A DNA stretch of 63,983 nucleotides, filler included, from Rhabdomonas costata (GCA_019059605.1; 27 parts of 27 records of this genome joined end to end with filler, not necessarily neighbours in it); one strand, 5' to 3'; numbered from the whole stretch's first letter, positions 13,159 to 26,900 are shown. Program-made: numbers and translations. The notes: a model not told the origin generated them from the sequence alone.

Positions 13159-14559
13159 GTCGACCTTGCACACAATGCCCCGCACCGTGAACCAACATTC
13201 CGACAAAACCAAGATGTCTCAGCAACAGTAATCTGCCTAAAACGTGATAACTGATAGGGATTTCTTGGTAGGAAAATGTTTCGCACACCCTCTCTCGGTT
13301 GCACTTGAACAAGAAAATTGTCTTGTCTTCTCTGCAGTTTGCTGTGCGGACGACATGCACAAACAACAGTTGCGACATTCGAAGACAGCAACGCTGCACT
13401 TGCAATTGCACAACAATTTTCCAGGAACGAATGCATGTAAAGTAAAAAGCGCCTCTTTCAGAGCATATTCAGAAACGCTCACCGCAATGTCCGGACAATA
13501 TTTTTCCCTTGACACCACCAAACGTGCAAACCAGCAGAACTCCGTCGACGTATTTGTCCGAATCAAGGCGCATGCTGTCAGCCCCCTGGTGGTGCTTGAC
13601 GTCCCCTTTTGCACGCGCTCCCGCAGTGTCGGGACGGTTTTCCAACTCCGCCCCGGATGAGTTCAGGGGCGCGACCACGTCCTTCGTATTTGAACCTGGA
13701 ACCTCAACCACGGGGTTTACGGACACGTTGCCCCTGGTGAACCAGGTGGATGAGGCTCTGTCTGCTCGCGTCTTTCTTCTCTATGATATGCTGACTCCTG
13801 TGTGACTCCTGTCCTATATGACTCCTGATCTGTCCGATCAATTCCGGAGGGCGTGCTTATTATTCACATTCTCTAAATGTGCTCTTCTCATTTATGATCT
13901 CTTTATCCCAACGTATTTGTATGCCATTGTAGTTTCCCACCATGATGTTCGGTGATAAACTGCCCGACAGCGGGAGAAGATTCAAAAGCCCGGTGGAGGT
14001 TTGCTTTAATTTGCCTTACTTCAGGTTCCGGGTGTGGCAAGTAAATGACACCGTCCGACTTCATTTGGGAAAGAAGTGCTTGCGATTCCCGTCCAATGGA
14101 GCGTAAGGGGTGTAGCTTCCTGGGGAGAACGACCCTTCCCCCAAACCCCNNNNNNNNNNNNNNNNNNNNNNNNNNNNNNNNNNNNNNNNNNNNTTAATTA
14201 ATTAANNNNNNNNNNNNNNNNNNNNNNNNNNNNNNNNNNNNNNNNNNNNTGGCACCGGTTTATTCCAAGAGATGGCAACGGTCCTTCATGTCACACAGGT
14301 AGGTCAAGCACCAAGAGAGCCAATTTTGGCGTGAGAATTGCTATACAGGTGGCAGAGGCCTTGCGTTTGATGAATAAGAATCAGATGGCGACAACACAAG
14401 TAATGAAAAGAGCTCTTAGCGAGTTGAAACAGAGTACGAGCTGGGATGGCTCAGGTATAGAGACAGTAGCACGGATGAAATTGCATTAACTGGACCAATA
14501 GATGGTAACACAGAGAATTTTCCTGTCTTGAATTATTACGGTTGAGAAGACAAAGATGA

Positions 14560-14830
14560 ACCTATGTCTTTATGATCAGGTTGCAATCACCTTTGCGGTC
14601 GGAGCTATGTGACCGCACTCCAGAGGCACAGTGGTGGACACAAAGACATCTGAGACGTGGGACGCGTTTGTTGCCTACCTGAAGACAAGTTTCTGTTCGG
14701 ACACGTTTGAGTACAACATTTTGTGGAGATTTGGTAATCTGAGAGTTGACGGAAACTTTCTTTTTTTCGTGTCTCAGTTCACACGTGGATACAAGCTATT
14801 GATATGTTGTCGCTTTGTTCACGACTTGCC
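14560..14830 (+). mobile_element. Degenerate Ty3/Gypsy-like retrotransposon gag fragment
   Basis: AQWW...ETWDAFVAYLKTSFCSDTFEYNILWRFGNLRVDGNFLFFVSQF resembles the Retrotrans_gag core (TWxxFxxxLKxxF...LxxLR). Frameshifts and stops surround it, and the rest of the contig lacks clean exons. Confidence 0.6.
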
Positions 14831-16679
14831 TTGAAGTACCTTTTCATTCAGTGGTTGGATGTAGACATCCAAATTGCGAAGTCCGCTCTCATTTCTGGTT
14901 TGGAGGACACTTTCTTGAAGTTTGCCATGGTTACCATTTCTCCATTTTGTCATGCTCCTTACCTTGGCACTGCTTTTACAGGGCTGATGATGTCACGCCG
15001 AAGTTTGCTAAAAATGCATTGCGGATGGGTATACTATGGTCCATCCGGTCCATATGTAATGACACGGGCAGCAAACGTGGTCCTTCAGTGGCTCTACAGC
15101 TTAAAACTCGCACCATAGTACACCACGCCACCAATTGTGTGGGTATCACATCCATTCCCAGCCCATGAGGACTTGAGTGGTTCCGTATAAATAGTTGCCT
15201 TGGTATACCATGGTTCTTTCTGGTTAATTTTGCGGACAGCTAGCCCTTGCGGTTGTGCTCCTTGCCAGGTCTCGAAAACAGAAGTTACCGAAATGGACAG
15301 TACGTCAAAAACGCGCCGCCTGTACCAGGCACTAAACCGGACCGTTAGGGATCACGTTTGCAGGAGAAGTTATATCGTTACAGAATAGAAGTTGCATTTA
15401 ACGGAAGGCAGCTTCAAGTTTAACTGTTGTTTTTCGGGAGAAAGTGAGGGCGTGAGAGTGAGAGGAAGAGAGAGAGAGGAGATGGTATCCGTGAAATCTC
15501 GGCAGATCCCTGAAATGCCGTTGTGAAGTATTCTGTTTTTCTTCTGAACTTGCAAAGCGGCAGCACTGCTGAGGCTCAAGCGCCTAGGTTTCAAGGAGGT
15601 TGCCGGGAAAGATGGATGGAGAAGACCCTTGAGAGGAGACAAGTGTCTAGCAAGCGAGCGTTGGAGATGCGAGTGCCGAAAAGAAAGAAGAAAATGCAGA
15701 GCGCGACCTGGCTTGAGGACACAGCTGTGGACGAGCAAGCTGGGGAAGAGGAGTTTGGTGAGTAGCGGCGGGCCTTGTCGAGATGGAGTGCGCTGAGAGT
15801 CATGAGTGCAGTCCCTGATGGCAGGAAGGGCATCTGAACGAGGAGAAGCAGACCGAGTGCTGGTTGAGGCGCGAGGCGACGGCAAGCAGCGCCCAAGCAC
15901 GAAACCAAGACGGGGCAGAGCAGAGGGACAGCGGACGCCAAGTCGGACCCAAAGCGGCCAGATTGGACGACCCAGGCCGAGGTAAGCGCAAAGGAAAAAG
16001 AAGGAAGAACAGCAGGAAAGCCCCCAAGGCATGTTGTAGGACAAAATTGGGGAAGAGTCCCGTTGCAAAGAGGAGAAGTTAGAAGAGCAAGGCAGAAGAC
16101 CGAGGGGGAGCTAGATCAAGAGGTGTGTGTGGCAGTGTAGTTTTGCATTGAGCGAGGTTCTATGGGAGTTTTGCACCTGTTTATTTTCAGAAAGATTACC
16201 TAAGAAGATCGGCGGAAGTCTAGCGATAAAAAGAAGCCATCAAGAACAAATCCTCCTACACCACACAGGAGAGCGAGGAATGATAACACGATTGGCGAAA
16301 GAGGAGCGAGAGCCGAGAGGTTACCATTTTTCTTACACCACGGAAGTGCAGAAGGATTTGGTGTGATTCGGTGTGTTTTGAGCATCTTGGGACAAGCTGT
16401 GGACATGTTGGTGGTTGAGATTTGTTGGTTGTGCCGCCACTACATGCGAAAGCCAAAAGTGGAAGGAGGCTTTGTCGTGATAAACCACTGAGTGGAGAGT
16501 ATCAAGTGGGCTACTTGTGGAAGTNNNNNNNNNNNNNNNNNNNNNNNNNNNNNNNNNNNNNNNNNNNNTTAATTAATTAANNNNNNNNNNNNNNNNNNNN
16601 NNNNNNNNNNNNNNNNNNNNNNNNTGTGGGTGTTTTGGGTGACATCCTATGACAAAATAGTCCCCATTCCCTCATAGGA

Positions 16680-18600
16680 TGTCACCCACAACACCTACTG
16701 CATACCCATAAGCAGACGACGACAGGGACGCGGGGATCGCCTCCTGCAGGGCAGCTGCAGCGGCCGTTGTGGCGGAGGCCTGGCTAGCCACGGGTGGGTT
16801 TGACCGGCGACCACCGACCTCACCGCCTGTGGTGGGTGGGTTCCCCTGCTGACGGGTCCGCCTCCTCTGAAGCTGTTCCGGGGAAGACAAGCCGGCGAAG
16901 TCCTGCATTTGGAGATATAAAAAGAGGTGCAACTGAAAATGCAGAGACGTGGCGGTTGGTCCGCACAGCCTGCGATGCAGTAGGAAGCGAGGAGTCGCCA
17001 GGGAGAACAGCCGAGGTGAAGACACCGGCCGGCCCCAAAGCATACGGGAGAACTGTGAACAAAAACCCTAGCTCTGCTTCAGCTTAAGGGGCATCAATTT
17101 ACTGTCGCACTCTTACTGGGAAACTCGACACTTACGTGAACGACATAAACCAGCAGCTCCGTGATAAATCACGACAAAACCCTCCCAAAAGAAAGGGATC
17201 GCTCCAAACCTCCGCGAGCCTGGCCTGGGCCTCGAGCAGAGCTTCGGCCTGTCTCTGCAAGTCCTGCTTCAGAAGGTCCCGCTCCTGGACTCGCTGGGCA
17301 CGAAGCTGGGGCGCTGGGGCCTGGTGCTGCCTTTCAAAAAACAGCTGGGACATCTGCGCCAACCCCACCATCCCAATTTCCTATCACTGAGCGCAACAAA
17401 CACAAAACCAAGAAAATTTTAGAGGGATGTAAAGTGTACACGCAAGCGGAAACAAAACGGAGTCCTTTTCCTGACCCCCCCCCCTGTCTTGAGTATCCAA
17501 GTCTCGTCTCGTCTCCTCGTCAACCTGCAGAGCAATCGCTTGCGACATCCTAATACCGTGTCCAGCACACTAACGATCCAAGAGCAAAACTTTCGCTGCA
17601 TCCGGTATTGCTCCTTGCACTCGGTTTTCTGCACAGAAGATCTGCACGGGCCTCTTCACCATTCCTTCCGCTCGTCAGTCGTGCCTGGTGCTTATCTGTG
17701 TCGAATAATCATACACCCGATGCAGTGAATGCGTCAGACAGGTACGGGGATAGAGGGGAAAACGACACGCACTGCTGTCGCCGAGCTCTCAGAGTCGTCC
17801 CCACCACCGAGGCGTCGCCTTCTAGGAGCGCCGGCGGAAGACCTGCAAAGCGCGAAAGGAAGATAAGAATGGAACGAATTGTTCTCGCCTCGCGCGTGCG
17901 TGTTGAGTTAGACCGTAGAACAACCACCACAGTAAAAGAGGAGGCAAAACCCTGCATCAACTCGGTAGGGTGGGATGCCCTGGCCGGTGAGTGTTGGAGA
18001 AGCAGGGCATCAGCGGGAAGCGAAAAACATATACTTTCCCAATCACATTGCAGTGATAATTTATTTTCTTCGATGTTGTTTGGGTACTAACAAGAACTGA
18101 TGAACACTGAAGAGCACTGATCAGCACCAGCCCTTCCGTCTAAGAAAGTTTCCCATCGCTGTCATACGTACAGTAATCGACTGTGACCTTTCCAGCGAGA
18201 TTTCAGCACTTAATAAGGTCGGGGTTGGGTTGGTAAGGTGCCCTCCCCTGCTATCCTTTTTGGCTTCCATCCAACCCCCTGCAAGATTCCAATCGCCAGC
18301 AACACCTGCCCGCAGCAAACACGGGGTCGTCCTCCTGGAACAACGGAGGGTACCCCACTTCCGGCCCAGATACTGCGCGTCCCCCTGGGCCCCCTGCCCG
18401 GTCCTCCCATAGGGAGGCCATCTGGCGGGCCACAGGGCCGGGGGATGCCGAGGGGCCCCCCATGGAGCTGAAGGTGGACGCACAGGTGGGCGCGCACGGG
18501 GCTGCGGTTGGAGAGCGGGGGACGCCCCCCTGAGTCCGCCGGAGGAAACGCTGCCGCTCAAGCTCCGGAACAGTGGAATAGCTGGGTGCAGGGACACCTG
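16680..18600 (-). CDS. Unknown Pro-rich/coiled-coil protein, several exons (clearest 17380-17210)
   Basis: 171-nt AG/GT-bounded phase-0 exon EIGMVGLAQMSQLFFERQHQAPAPQLRAQRVQERDLLKQDLQRQAEALLEAQARLAE, with flanking GC-rich exon-like blocks. No family recognised. Confidence 0.45.
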
Positions 18601-18997
18601 GGCTCAACGTCCCCGCTGCAGGCGGGGGGTCTGCCGTCCGGATCTGTGGGGAGGATAGCTCAAAGTTGACCGGACGCCATCCCTACCCTCACTCGCTTTC
18701 TGCTGGTGTTCAGTTCTCACCATTCCCCCGTCTCCGCTTCCATACGCTCGCCTGTAGACGTGAATCGTGCATTTCTTCACGTGGAGCGGGACAATCCACC
18801 ATCACAAAAACGAAAATTTCCTGTCAGACACTCATTCTAATCTCGACTCCCCCCATTCCCCAGGACGCACACCTCCTGCCGCGGCCGTGCGGCACCCNNN
18901 NNNNNNNNNNNNNNNNNNNNNNNNNNNNNNNNNNNNNNNNNTTAATTAATTAANNNNNNNNNNNNNNNNNNNNNNNNNNNNNNNNNNNNNNNNNNNN

Positions 18998-19330
18998 GGG
19001 GTTTTGTTTGATGTAGAATTATCGCAAACAAAACCTTACAAGAACTGGAGAGGAAACAAATGGTCCAAGAGGGGAAGGGAAAAGGAAGGGCTGTGCTACA
19101 TTTTCTCCCTCGTGGTTGTGGTCAGACTTCGGCCCGTATTCAATCTCTTTTGCAGCGGCTTGCTCAAAAGGGTTGTGTTGTGTGGACTGATTCACTGAAC
19201 AGTTATTACTCCTGGGGTCTACTCAGATTCATACTCCGTTGTGAATCACCCAATCGGGGATATCAACCAATGCCGTGGAGAATCTGTGAGGTGTGCTAGG
19301 AAATCATAAAGCGTGTTTGGGGCAAGGTTC
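18998..19330 (+). mobile_element. Degenerate Merlin/IS1595 (ISXO2-like) DDE transposase fragment
   Basis: Across frameshifts: FDVELSQTKPYKNWRG...RAVLHFLPRGCGQTSARIQSLLQRLAQKGCVVWTDSLNSY...YSVVNHP...IN. This matches the IS1595-type GxxVxTDxxxSY and VNH motifs. Confidence 0.6.
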
Positions 19331-19991
19331 CGAAACCCAAAAAAAAAACTCTTGTTCTGCGTGTGCATTTCCCTCTCTTTCTTTTCAACTCCTGTGCTTC
19401 GAAACCGGATCCTACTCAACGCTTCCTGATCGAACTGATCCGGGGTGGTGATTTTTTATGCTTCGGGGAGGGGTTGCTTCGGCGTGTTGACCACGTTCAC
19501 GGCGTCCTGAGGAATAGCGTATTTTACTGTTGTTTCGGTGCTTCTTTGACTTCTTCAGATGTAAGGTACCTCTGATGTATTTAAGTATTTTTTCTTCCTT
19601 TTCGGCTTTTGCCGGTGTCTACTTGCTTTGGACGTGTGGTTTTTTTTACTCCACTTGAGTTAAATTCCGTTATTTTTAAGAAAGGTTCGTCCTGCCTGCC
19701 TTCGCAAACGCCTCTGCCGAAATTGGAATAAAGCACTGTTACATCGGTGGCTTCAATCCATCCATGATACGCTGCTTTGGAACTTCGCCTAGCGCCTAGC
19801 GCAAGAACTTAACGTCTTTCCTGAGCCTCCTCCAAGCCTAGTGATCAGTCGTCGCTCTGCTGCATAGCACAGGTCTGCAATGCGATTAATTTTTTTGGCT
19901 GTAAGAGGGTATCAGTGGTCCCACACACACACTACTTAACAAGACCCACACAGTGAAACGAGAGAGAGAGAGAGAGAGAGCCCACGAAAAC

Positions 19992-20181
19992 GGCACCTCA
20001 AAAGTTCAGGGAGCCTGTCCGCGGCCACTCGCTCCTCCGACGTTGTCGGAAACGCCTCCGCTTCACTGTCTTCCAGAGCGATGTTCCGAAGCAGGCTCTT
20101 CGCGCTCACCGCGCTGGTGGGTCGGACAGGCGGTTGGTACGGCGGAGGTGAAGACACACATCCCGGCAGCCCGGTGCTCAT
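19992..20181 (-). CDS. Probable exon of an unknown protein
   Basis: MSTGLPGCVSSPPPYQPPVRPTSAVSAKSLLRNIALEDSEAEAFPTTSEERVAADRLPELLR, followed by a GT donor and a (CT)n tract. Confidence 0.35.
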
Positions 20182-21448
20182 GGCTTTGGTTCACTCACTG
20201 GTACAGACAATCACCACACACCGTCACATGCAAACCTCGGCTACTCTCCACAATTGTCGTTTCAGCGGAGGGCGGAAATCTCACGCCCAGCACAGCGGAA
20301 ATTCAGAGGGAGAGGAGCAAGGCAGAGACAAGGGGGGGGGGGTTAGCACTCAGTGGATTCTCCACCACAGAGTACGTCTCAGCCGCCTTAAAATGCTGAC
20401 AAGCGACCTACAAAACGACCTACAAAGCGACCTACAAAACAAATGATGCTTGCCATACAACCGAACACACAAACTTAATTTTTTCTAAGCCGATGACCAT
20501 GACTGCTTCTGATGAGATTATTGTTGATCTAACAGAGGTGGAGCTTTCGTGAGGGGTCGCAGAGGTTGGGAGGGGGCTGCTTTTGTTCCAGCACACGGAT
20601 TGCAACCTATCGCACCCAATAGCCATAACCTATATAAAACTGCTAGGCAGCACGGCGACTGGCCCGAATGTAGTAGTACTTTCTTTGCAAGGGGGAGGGG
20701 GGAGAGGGGGAGAAGGTGCGAAGTGGCACAACAAACGGAGCAAAAGTCAGAATTCCGAGGCACTCCAACCCACAAGGAAAGGCACGAGGGGGACACACGT
20801 CCGCACAGACAACAGAAAGGGCACAAAAAAAGGCCCCACTGCGATGGAGAAACCGTGGGGGGGTTTCCTTGCAGGAAGAGTGAATGCATCGCTCGTGGAC
20901 CATAACAATCTCGCCATTGGCCAATTCAGTGGTTCATGGAGATTGAAGTGACGTGGGACAGCAGCAGTCACAAATGGAGGCCGGACGGAATAGCAATGTC
21001 TTGCATTTGTTGATTTACGGCGTGTGATCAATCGACGGACACAGACAGCAGTGTTCTCCTAATGGAAAGCACCCGCGAGCGGAGGGAGCAAATTTTCTTT
21101 CTTGCTCTCTTCCACCTTTCCTACTTTCGACAAAGCCACCGATGACGCAAATGAAGAGGGACTTATCCAGAACAGACGAGCTCATTACCGCATTGCCTCA
21201 CAAAAGGACTCGAACAGCTACAGGCAGGAGAGTCACGCCAGGTCTCCGCTCAACTGAAAGCAAAACACCCNNNNNNNNNNNNNNNNNNNNNNNNNNNNNN
21301 NNNNNNNNNNNNNNTTAATTAATTAANNNNNNNNNNNNNNNNNNNNNNNNNNNNNNNNNNNNNNNNNNNNGGTTGGGCTTCACAACACTGGGGACTGGAA
21401 GTAAATTCCCAAGCACCGCCCCCCCCCCGCCCGCTCTGCGCGCTTTAC

Positions 21449-23378
21449 CAGCACAGCGAGCTTGCAGCAGATAGTCTGGGAACAACTGACCCTGCCCGCT
21501 CACCACCTGCCACGGCTGCGTCAGCAGATTGGGGCTGGGCGCGCTTTGGTAGTTCACCGCATACACCACGGCATCGGGGCGGTCCAGGGCACTTGCAATC
21601 ACCCAGACGCCTGGCGAGGCAAAGTAGTACAGGAACAGCTCGGCCCTGGTGTGCTGGTAGCATGGCCGGGAGCTACATGGCTGAGGCAGGAAGGTGTACT
21701 CGCCGTTGATCTTGTCATGGAGTCCCACCCGCCCGGTGACGGTGATGTTGCATACTGATGGGAAGAGAGCAACGACGGTAGCGACGAGCCAAAAGTATGC
21801 GTTGACATGGCGCAAAACTCAACGGCGCTGCTCATGATGACATAAAACTCTGCAAAACCCCCAGAAAACGAGAGGTCAAATCAGCACACCCTAGGACTAC
21901 CCTGTGTGGGACCAGGCGACTGCACATCCGCTGCATCGCGACGGAGAGATTTTCGGTTTCGAAACTTATTCAGGGATAAGTAAACTCTTGATGGATCCTT
22001 CCCTCTGCCCTTCGGCATGTAATCGGGGGGTGGCCACCTCCAGGTGCTTGCCCCGACCACTGCTCTCCACACCGGCGCCTTCCGATAGATTTTTGGTACA
22101 CGCCCCCGCCTCAGCAGTTTGTTCGCATTTCACGCATTTCTTCTGCTGCGTGTTTTGTGAATTGGGACAGGGCTGCAGCCTTTTACCGCTTGGCGGCGTT
22201 CGAGTGGTAGAATGCCGCTCTCCGCTACATGCCAGTATCCCACAAGTATCACAGTATCACACAAGGAAAAGAACACTTGCGGAAACCTGCTGCAAGCTTT
22301 CAGTTTCCTCTTTCAGTCAGTCCAGCGCCACAGAAAGAAAATGGCAGCAAACGTCATGTCACAGCAAAACCGGATTTTGCCCTGCAGACCATGGCGTCCC
22401 TGTAACTCTTACCAGATTCCGCAACTTAGGATGGAAGTCTCTACTCTGTTGCGCCGAAAAATGGAAAGCATACTGGGGATGCAGCAGTCATCCACCGCGG
22501 AGCAGGGGTTCTGCGCACAAACTTTGCTATGGTTCCGGACATTGTCGGGCAGCGCGCACCCCTCGAAGAGCGTGCACAGCTGAGCTGCACAGGGAACGCG
22601 GGCAGGAGTGTTTCCGAGTAATGGTCTCACCGACGATTTTGGCAAGAGATCATAAATCCATCCATGCAGACCAAAATTGTGCGTTTTGCATTCTGCATTT
22701 TGAAATGAAAAGACGTGCCTTGCGATCTGGGGCGGGCGCTGTTTTCCCTTTGTGCAAATTGCTTGAAAAAGAAACGGTACCCGCACCTCGCGGAGTCGTT
22801 TGAGAGTTGTGCGAGTTGTGAAGAAAGACTGTGCACCCATCCCCTCCACTGTGCCCTTGAGTAAAGGTGAGTCAAATCAACCCCAAACGTTGGAAAATGG
22901 AAACCAACTGTCAATTGAAACTCGCCATTCATACCTTCCCCTCCCCAACAGCAAAGAATGCGTCAGAATCTAAAAAAAACATACCCTAATCTGATGGTAA
23001 ATGGGTCCAAAGTGCGTAATAAGGGCAAAGAGAGAGACAGACAATAGCTGGCACACGGGGGAAGGGGAGTGCAGTCCACACTTTGGCAGACTGCTCGTGC
23101 AGTGGGGTTCGCAATACACTGCTTCGTCGGCAGACAGTTGGTCCAGGGCTCCGTCAGAAGCTCAGGCGTGGTGACGTCCTCAGCGTTAAAGGCGTACGCA
23201 TAGTTCGGGACACTGAGCGACGCCGTGGCCCTCCAGCCCAAGGCCGGGTCGTAATGCACCACAGCCGACCCCCTGTGTTGCTGGTACTGTGGGTGGCCCT
23301 CGTACCACCCCATGACGTCGTAGTCACCATCGATCCAGACAAGACTGAACCCGACCAGGGAGATGTTGCAGAGGGAGG
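21449..23378 (-). CDS. Modular extracellular-like protein with two homologous ~100-aa domains, one per exon (23378-23082, 21754-21449)
   Basis: Both exons read C-N-I-x(~10)-I-[DN]-G-[DE]-Y...P-x-Y-Q...Y...W...YAxN...P-x-LLT-x-PW...AxC. Lengths are 297 and 306 nt, both phase 1-1 with AG/GT boundaries. Confidence 0.8.
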
Positions 23379-25429
23379 CTGTGGAGAGCCCCCCCCCCAA
23401 TCCCTTCCCCATGCACGCAGTTGCATTTGGGGCTCATCCCCCACCTTTTGATTCTCTGATTGTTCCTTCTGGACGCCCCTCCCTCTACTACACCGAAACG
23501 GGTGGTTACACTACGGTCAGGTCGATTTCCCAACTAACTGGACGAGCAGCATTGCCCATTTTTGACCACATAAAACTAAATTGTCGTCATGTCATCATAT
23601 TCACTTTTTGGGCCCTCCTCAACTGACTTGTGAACCCAACAACNNNNNNNNNNNNNNNNNNNNNNNNNNNNNNNNNNNNNNNNNNNNTTAATTAATTAAN
23701 NNNNNNNNNNNNNNNNNNNNNNNNNNNNNNNNNNNNNNNNNNNTGTTGGTGGGATCTCACAACAACCCGGGAGGGAGCGCAATGCAATGTTGCAATCAAA
23801 AAATTTTTAAAGGCGTAAAAGCACATACAGGGAAACAGCAGCAGCGGTCCGCTCGGTTGCAAAGGGAAAGGAAAAGACATGTTTTTCACCCCCCCCCCCA
23901 TCTTCTAAGAGCGCAGTCACTTTGGTGGGGGTGTTACAGGTGGCACCGCTCAAATTAATAAGCTCCAGCGAGAAGTTCATGCTAACCAAAGATAAGCCTA
24001 TCCGACGTTTTTAACAGAGCATATTAGAAGAATATGGGAAAGGATGGAATATCATACTCACGTCTCTTGAGGGCGAAGCCGAAGCAGGCCTGGGGTCTTT
24101 AGTTAATAGAGCAGGTCTCTTGAAACGCTGCGTAGCCCGTCCTTGCGGTCAGGAGATTCCGACCTTTCACTTTCGGTTGTAGATTCCGTTGGCTCCTTCG
24201 TAACCCTTTGCGCCGATTCTTGCCAAATCTCCAGCAAGAAAAACCTGCATGACGTTGGTTTCGTGGTGCCCTCAATACCAGTGGCGTGAGCAGCACAGAA
24301 TAGGAACTGAATGTCTCAAGTATTCAATAACCCATGCAGCGGAGCGTTTACGACAGCACCCACAACGTACTTTACAACGAACCGCCAAAGCCGAAAGTTC
24401 GGTAACTGGCTCTTGGCCGCCTGACCGCCTGTAGCCCCCAAAATTCCTGCATCACTGTCACCCCATGTTCACAGACAAGTCCACATCACGATGGAGTCTT
24501 GCAAGGTCAGGCCACTTGCCTGGCCCGCACCAGCTGCCGAGCCACAGCACCCGCCAGTGCAGTGGGCCACAGCCACCCATGCCTCCGCAGTCACCTCACG
24601 AAACCCCTCCCCAGTTTTCAGGGCCTGCTTCTGCGCCAAACAGGAGCTCCTCCAAAAATAGCACGGCTGTTCCTTGCACCCAAGGCCAGTCACTTCCGGC
24701 TCATTTATTCTACAATCTGGTGCTTCCAAAACACAATGAAACAGGTGAAGCCCAACACTTTCACAGATTCCCATGAAGGGGTGACAGGTTGAGAGTGACG
24801 CACTGAACCTGACGTAGTGGTGCAAGGAGGTCGCTGGCTTCACGGTCCCATCGGTCGGCAGCTGTTTCATCCCGTGCGGCCGTCCAAGAGCTCTGCGACG
24901 ACAGGAGTCCAAGAGAGCAAGAAGATGTGCAGGCGAAGAACAATGCAATAAATTACGTGTGGGTGCAAACGCTGAGAGAAAAAAATGCGCGCGGGGGGGG
25001 GGCAGCCTCGGCCCGTACTTCGGCGTGGCGTTCACTTACAGGCTTGCTCCATGAACTTTGCTTCCCCAGGGGTGCCCAATCCTGAGAGTGAGTGAGTCCA
25101 AGTTGCCCGGGTCCAGCCAGCCCAACAACCACAATGACAAAGATGACAAACGGGCTGCATGAAGGCGAAGGTAAAGGTGTAAAGGGTGGTAAAGTTGGGT
25201 AAGGTGGGGAGTTTCTTTCCATCCATTCAGCCAAGAGAGTCTGGTCTTCTTCATTGAGCGATTGTTTATTAGCAGCTTCGTTGAACGAATGAAATCCAGT
25301 TGCTCTACCTCCTCGGGTGGTTCCCCAGGATGCATTTGCTGCGTGATGGGCCAGCTGCCCACAGTGGCGATTTTTCTGCAGCTTGTTCTCCCCCTGACAA
25401 CGGACTACCCCTCCTGAAGGTGTGAAAGG

Positions 25430-25960
25430 ATCTGTTGGACCTTCCCCATGTCTCGCTCAGATACATCCCCCCGCAGGTGCGGCCACAATGGACGGCGGCG
25501 GTTACAGCAGAGCTGAGTGGTTACCTCGCTGAGCGGTCCAGGCTTTGTGCTCTTCAGCTGGTTCGGATACCCCGGCTGGTGCTGGCAATTTGTGCCCGTG
25601 GTCGCAAACGGCACGACCGGCAACGAACACAACCAAGAAATTAATCAGGTAATCCAGCGCCTCCTCAGAATGTGGGTGTGTGGCCGTGAGCTTGATCTTC
25701 TTGGTGAAGGGAGGTGTCCAAAAAGCAGCTTCTCAAACGACAAGGTCGCAAGCCGCAGCTGCCGGAGACGAGTTGTGTCCGCTTTCTCGCTCTATGCGGG
25801 GAGCCGTTCTTCGCGCCGTTCGCGAAGAAACCCTTAGGAAAGCAACCAAGCTCCTTCTGGCCTAAGCCTGCGATTTACTCGGTCCGGAGACGGACGCCTC
25901 CCTCAGAGAGCCGCACCAGCGTAGTCCCCCAGCATCCCTGCGGTTCGGGCACCCGAAATT
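25430..25960 (+). mobile_element. Degenerate CRE/SLACS-like non-LTR retrotransposon, pre-RT region
   Basis: SLRYIPPQVRPQW...LVRIPRLVLAICARGRKRH...VIQRLLRMWVCG...AVLRAVREETLRKATKLL resembles the region preceding RT in CRE-clade elements. Frameshifted. Confidence 0.6.
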
Positions 25961-26149
25961 GTCGACTTGGAATCGGAGGAAATCGGAAAAGCCATGCAAA
26001 CCTCCCCCCCCCCCCCNNNNNNNNNNNNNNNNNNNNNNNNNNNNNNNNNNNNNNNNNNNNTTAATTAATTAANNNNNNNNNNNNNNNNNNNNNNNNNNNN
26101 NNNNNNNNNNNNNNNNTTGTGTGTTGATACAGAACGTTTTAGACCATGC

Positions 26150-26900
26150 CATCATACCACAGCCAGATTTGCATGAACTATTTCCGCAACTTCTGTCCAA
26201 GTGTTCTGTTTGTGCCCAGGGTGGGACCTTCCCCACATCGTTTTCCGGAAGAAACGTTTTGCTTGCGTAAAGCGCCGTAATTCTCGCATGCCGTGCGCCT
26301 TCCGCCCCGGTGCCGTGCACTCGAGGCAGTTGGGCCGGAAAATTGGGCGGGTGGCGCTCGTTACCACCGCATCCCTTGGAGCTGGGCCGTTTGGAGCAGT
26401 TCTTATCAGGTGGTTCCTTCCTTTTAAACGGCGTTGGTCGGGATGATGCCGGCAAAGTTTTCTCGCAACCACGCCCGCTGGTGGCGGCCACGTGCGACGA
26501 ACCGCTGAAACAGGACTCTGTCCTACTTAGTTTTAATTTCCGCATACAAAATTCCCGCAGTGGCAAAAATAGGCGATCGCACTACGGAAGCACGGCGCGC
26601 TTGCCTGGGATCGATCCGAGCTTGCGCCTTTTTTGCCGCTTTCTGTCGTTGAAGGTTTTATGTCAGACGACATTTTTCAGGTACTACAGACCGACCCGCG
26701 GCGTAATCTTGGTCAGAATCGCGGATAGATCAAGTCAGCCGATGTGATGGCAGTTACAAAGTTTGCCGTAGGCCTCGTTTTTGCTTCCGAAAAGCCCGAA
26801 AAATTGCAATGCTTCGGAAACGTCTCCACAGGAATATATGGCGCAGATCAGAACACCACCTAGGTCACCTGAAATTCTGGCGTAGCTGCGTTTTACCCTC
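26150..26900 (-). mobile_element. Possible degenerate CRE-like retroelement C-terminal region
   Basis: Broken frames give ..GDLGG.., AWL and CLECTAPGRKAHGM...H, in the order expected for GGLG / AWL / CCHC zinc finger. Heavily decayed. Confidence 0.35.

Noticed and set aside
13530..13750. Exon-like block after the ankyrin exons
   Set aside because: It looks coding, but I could not settle a frame consistent with the upstream phase, so it is not called.
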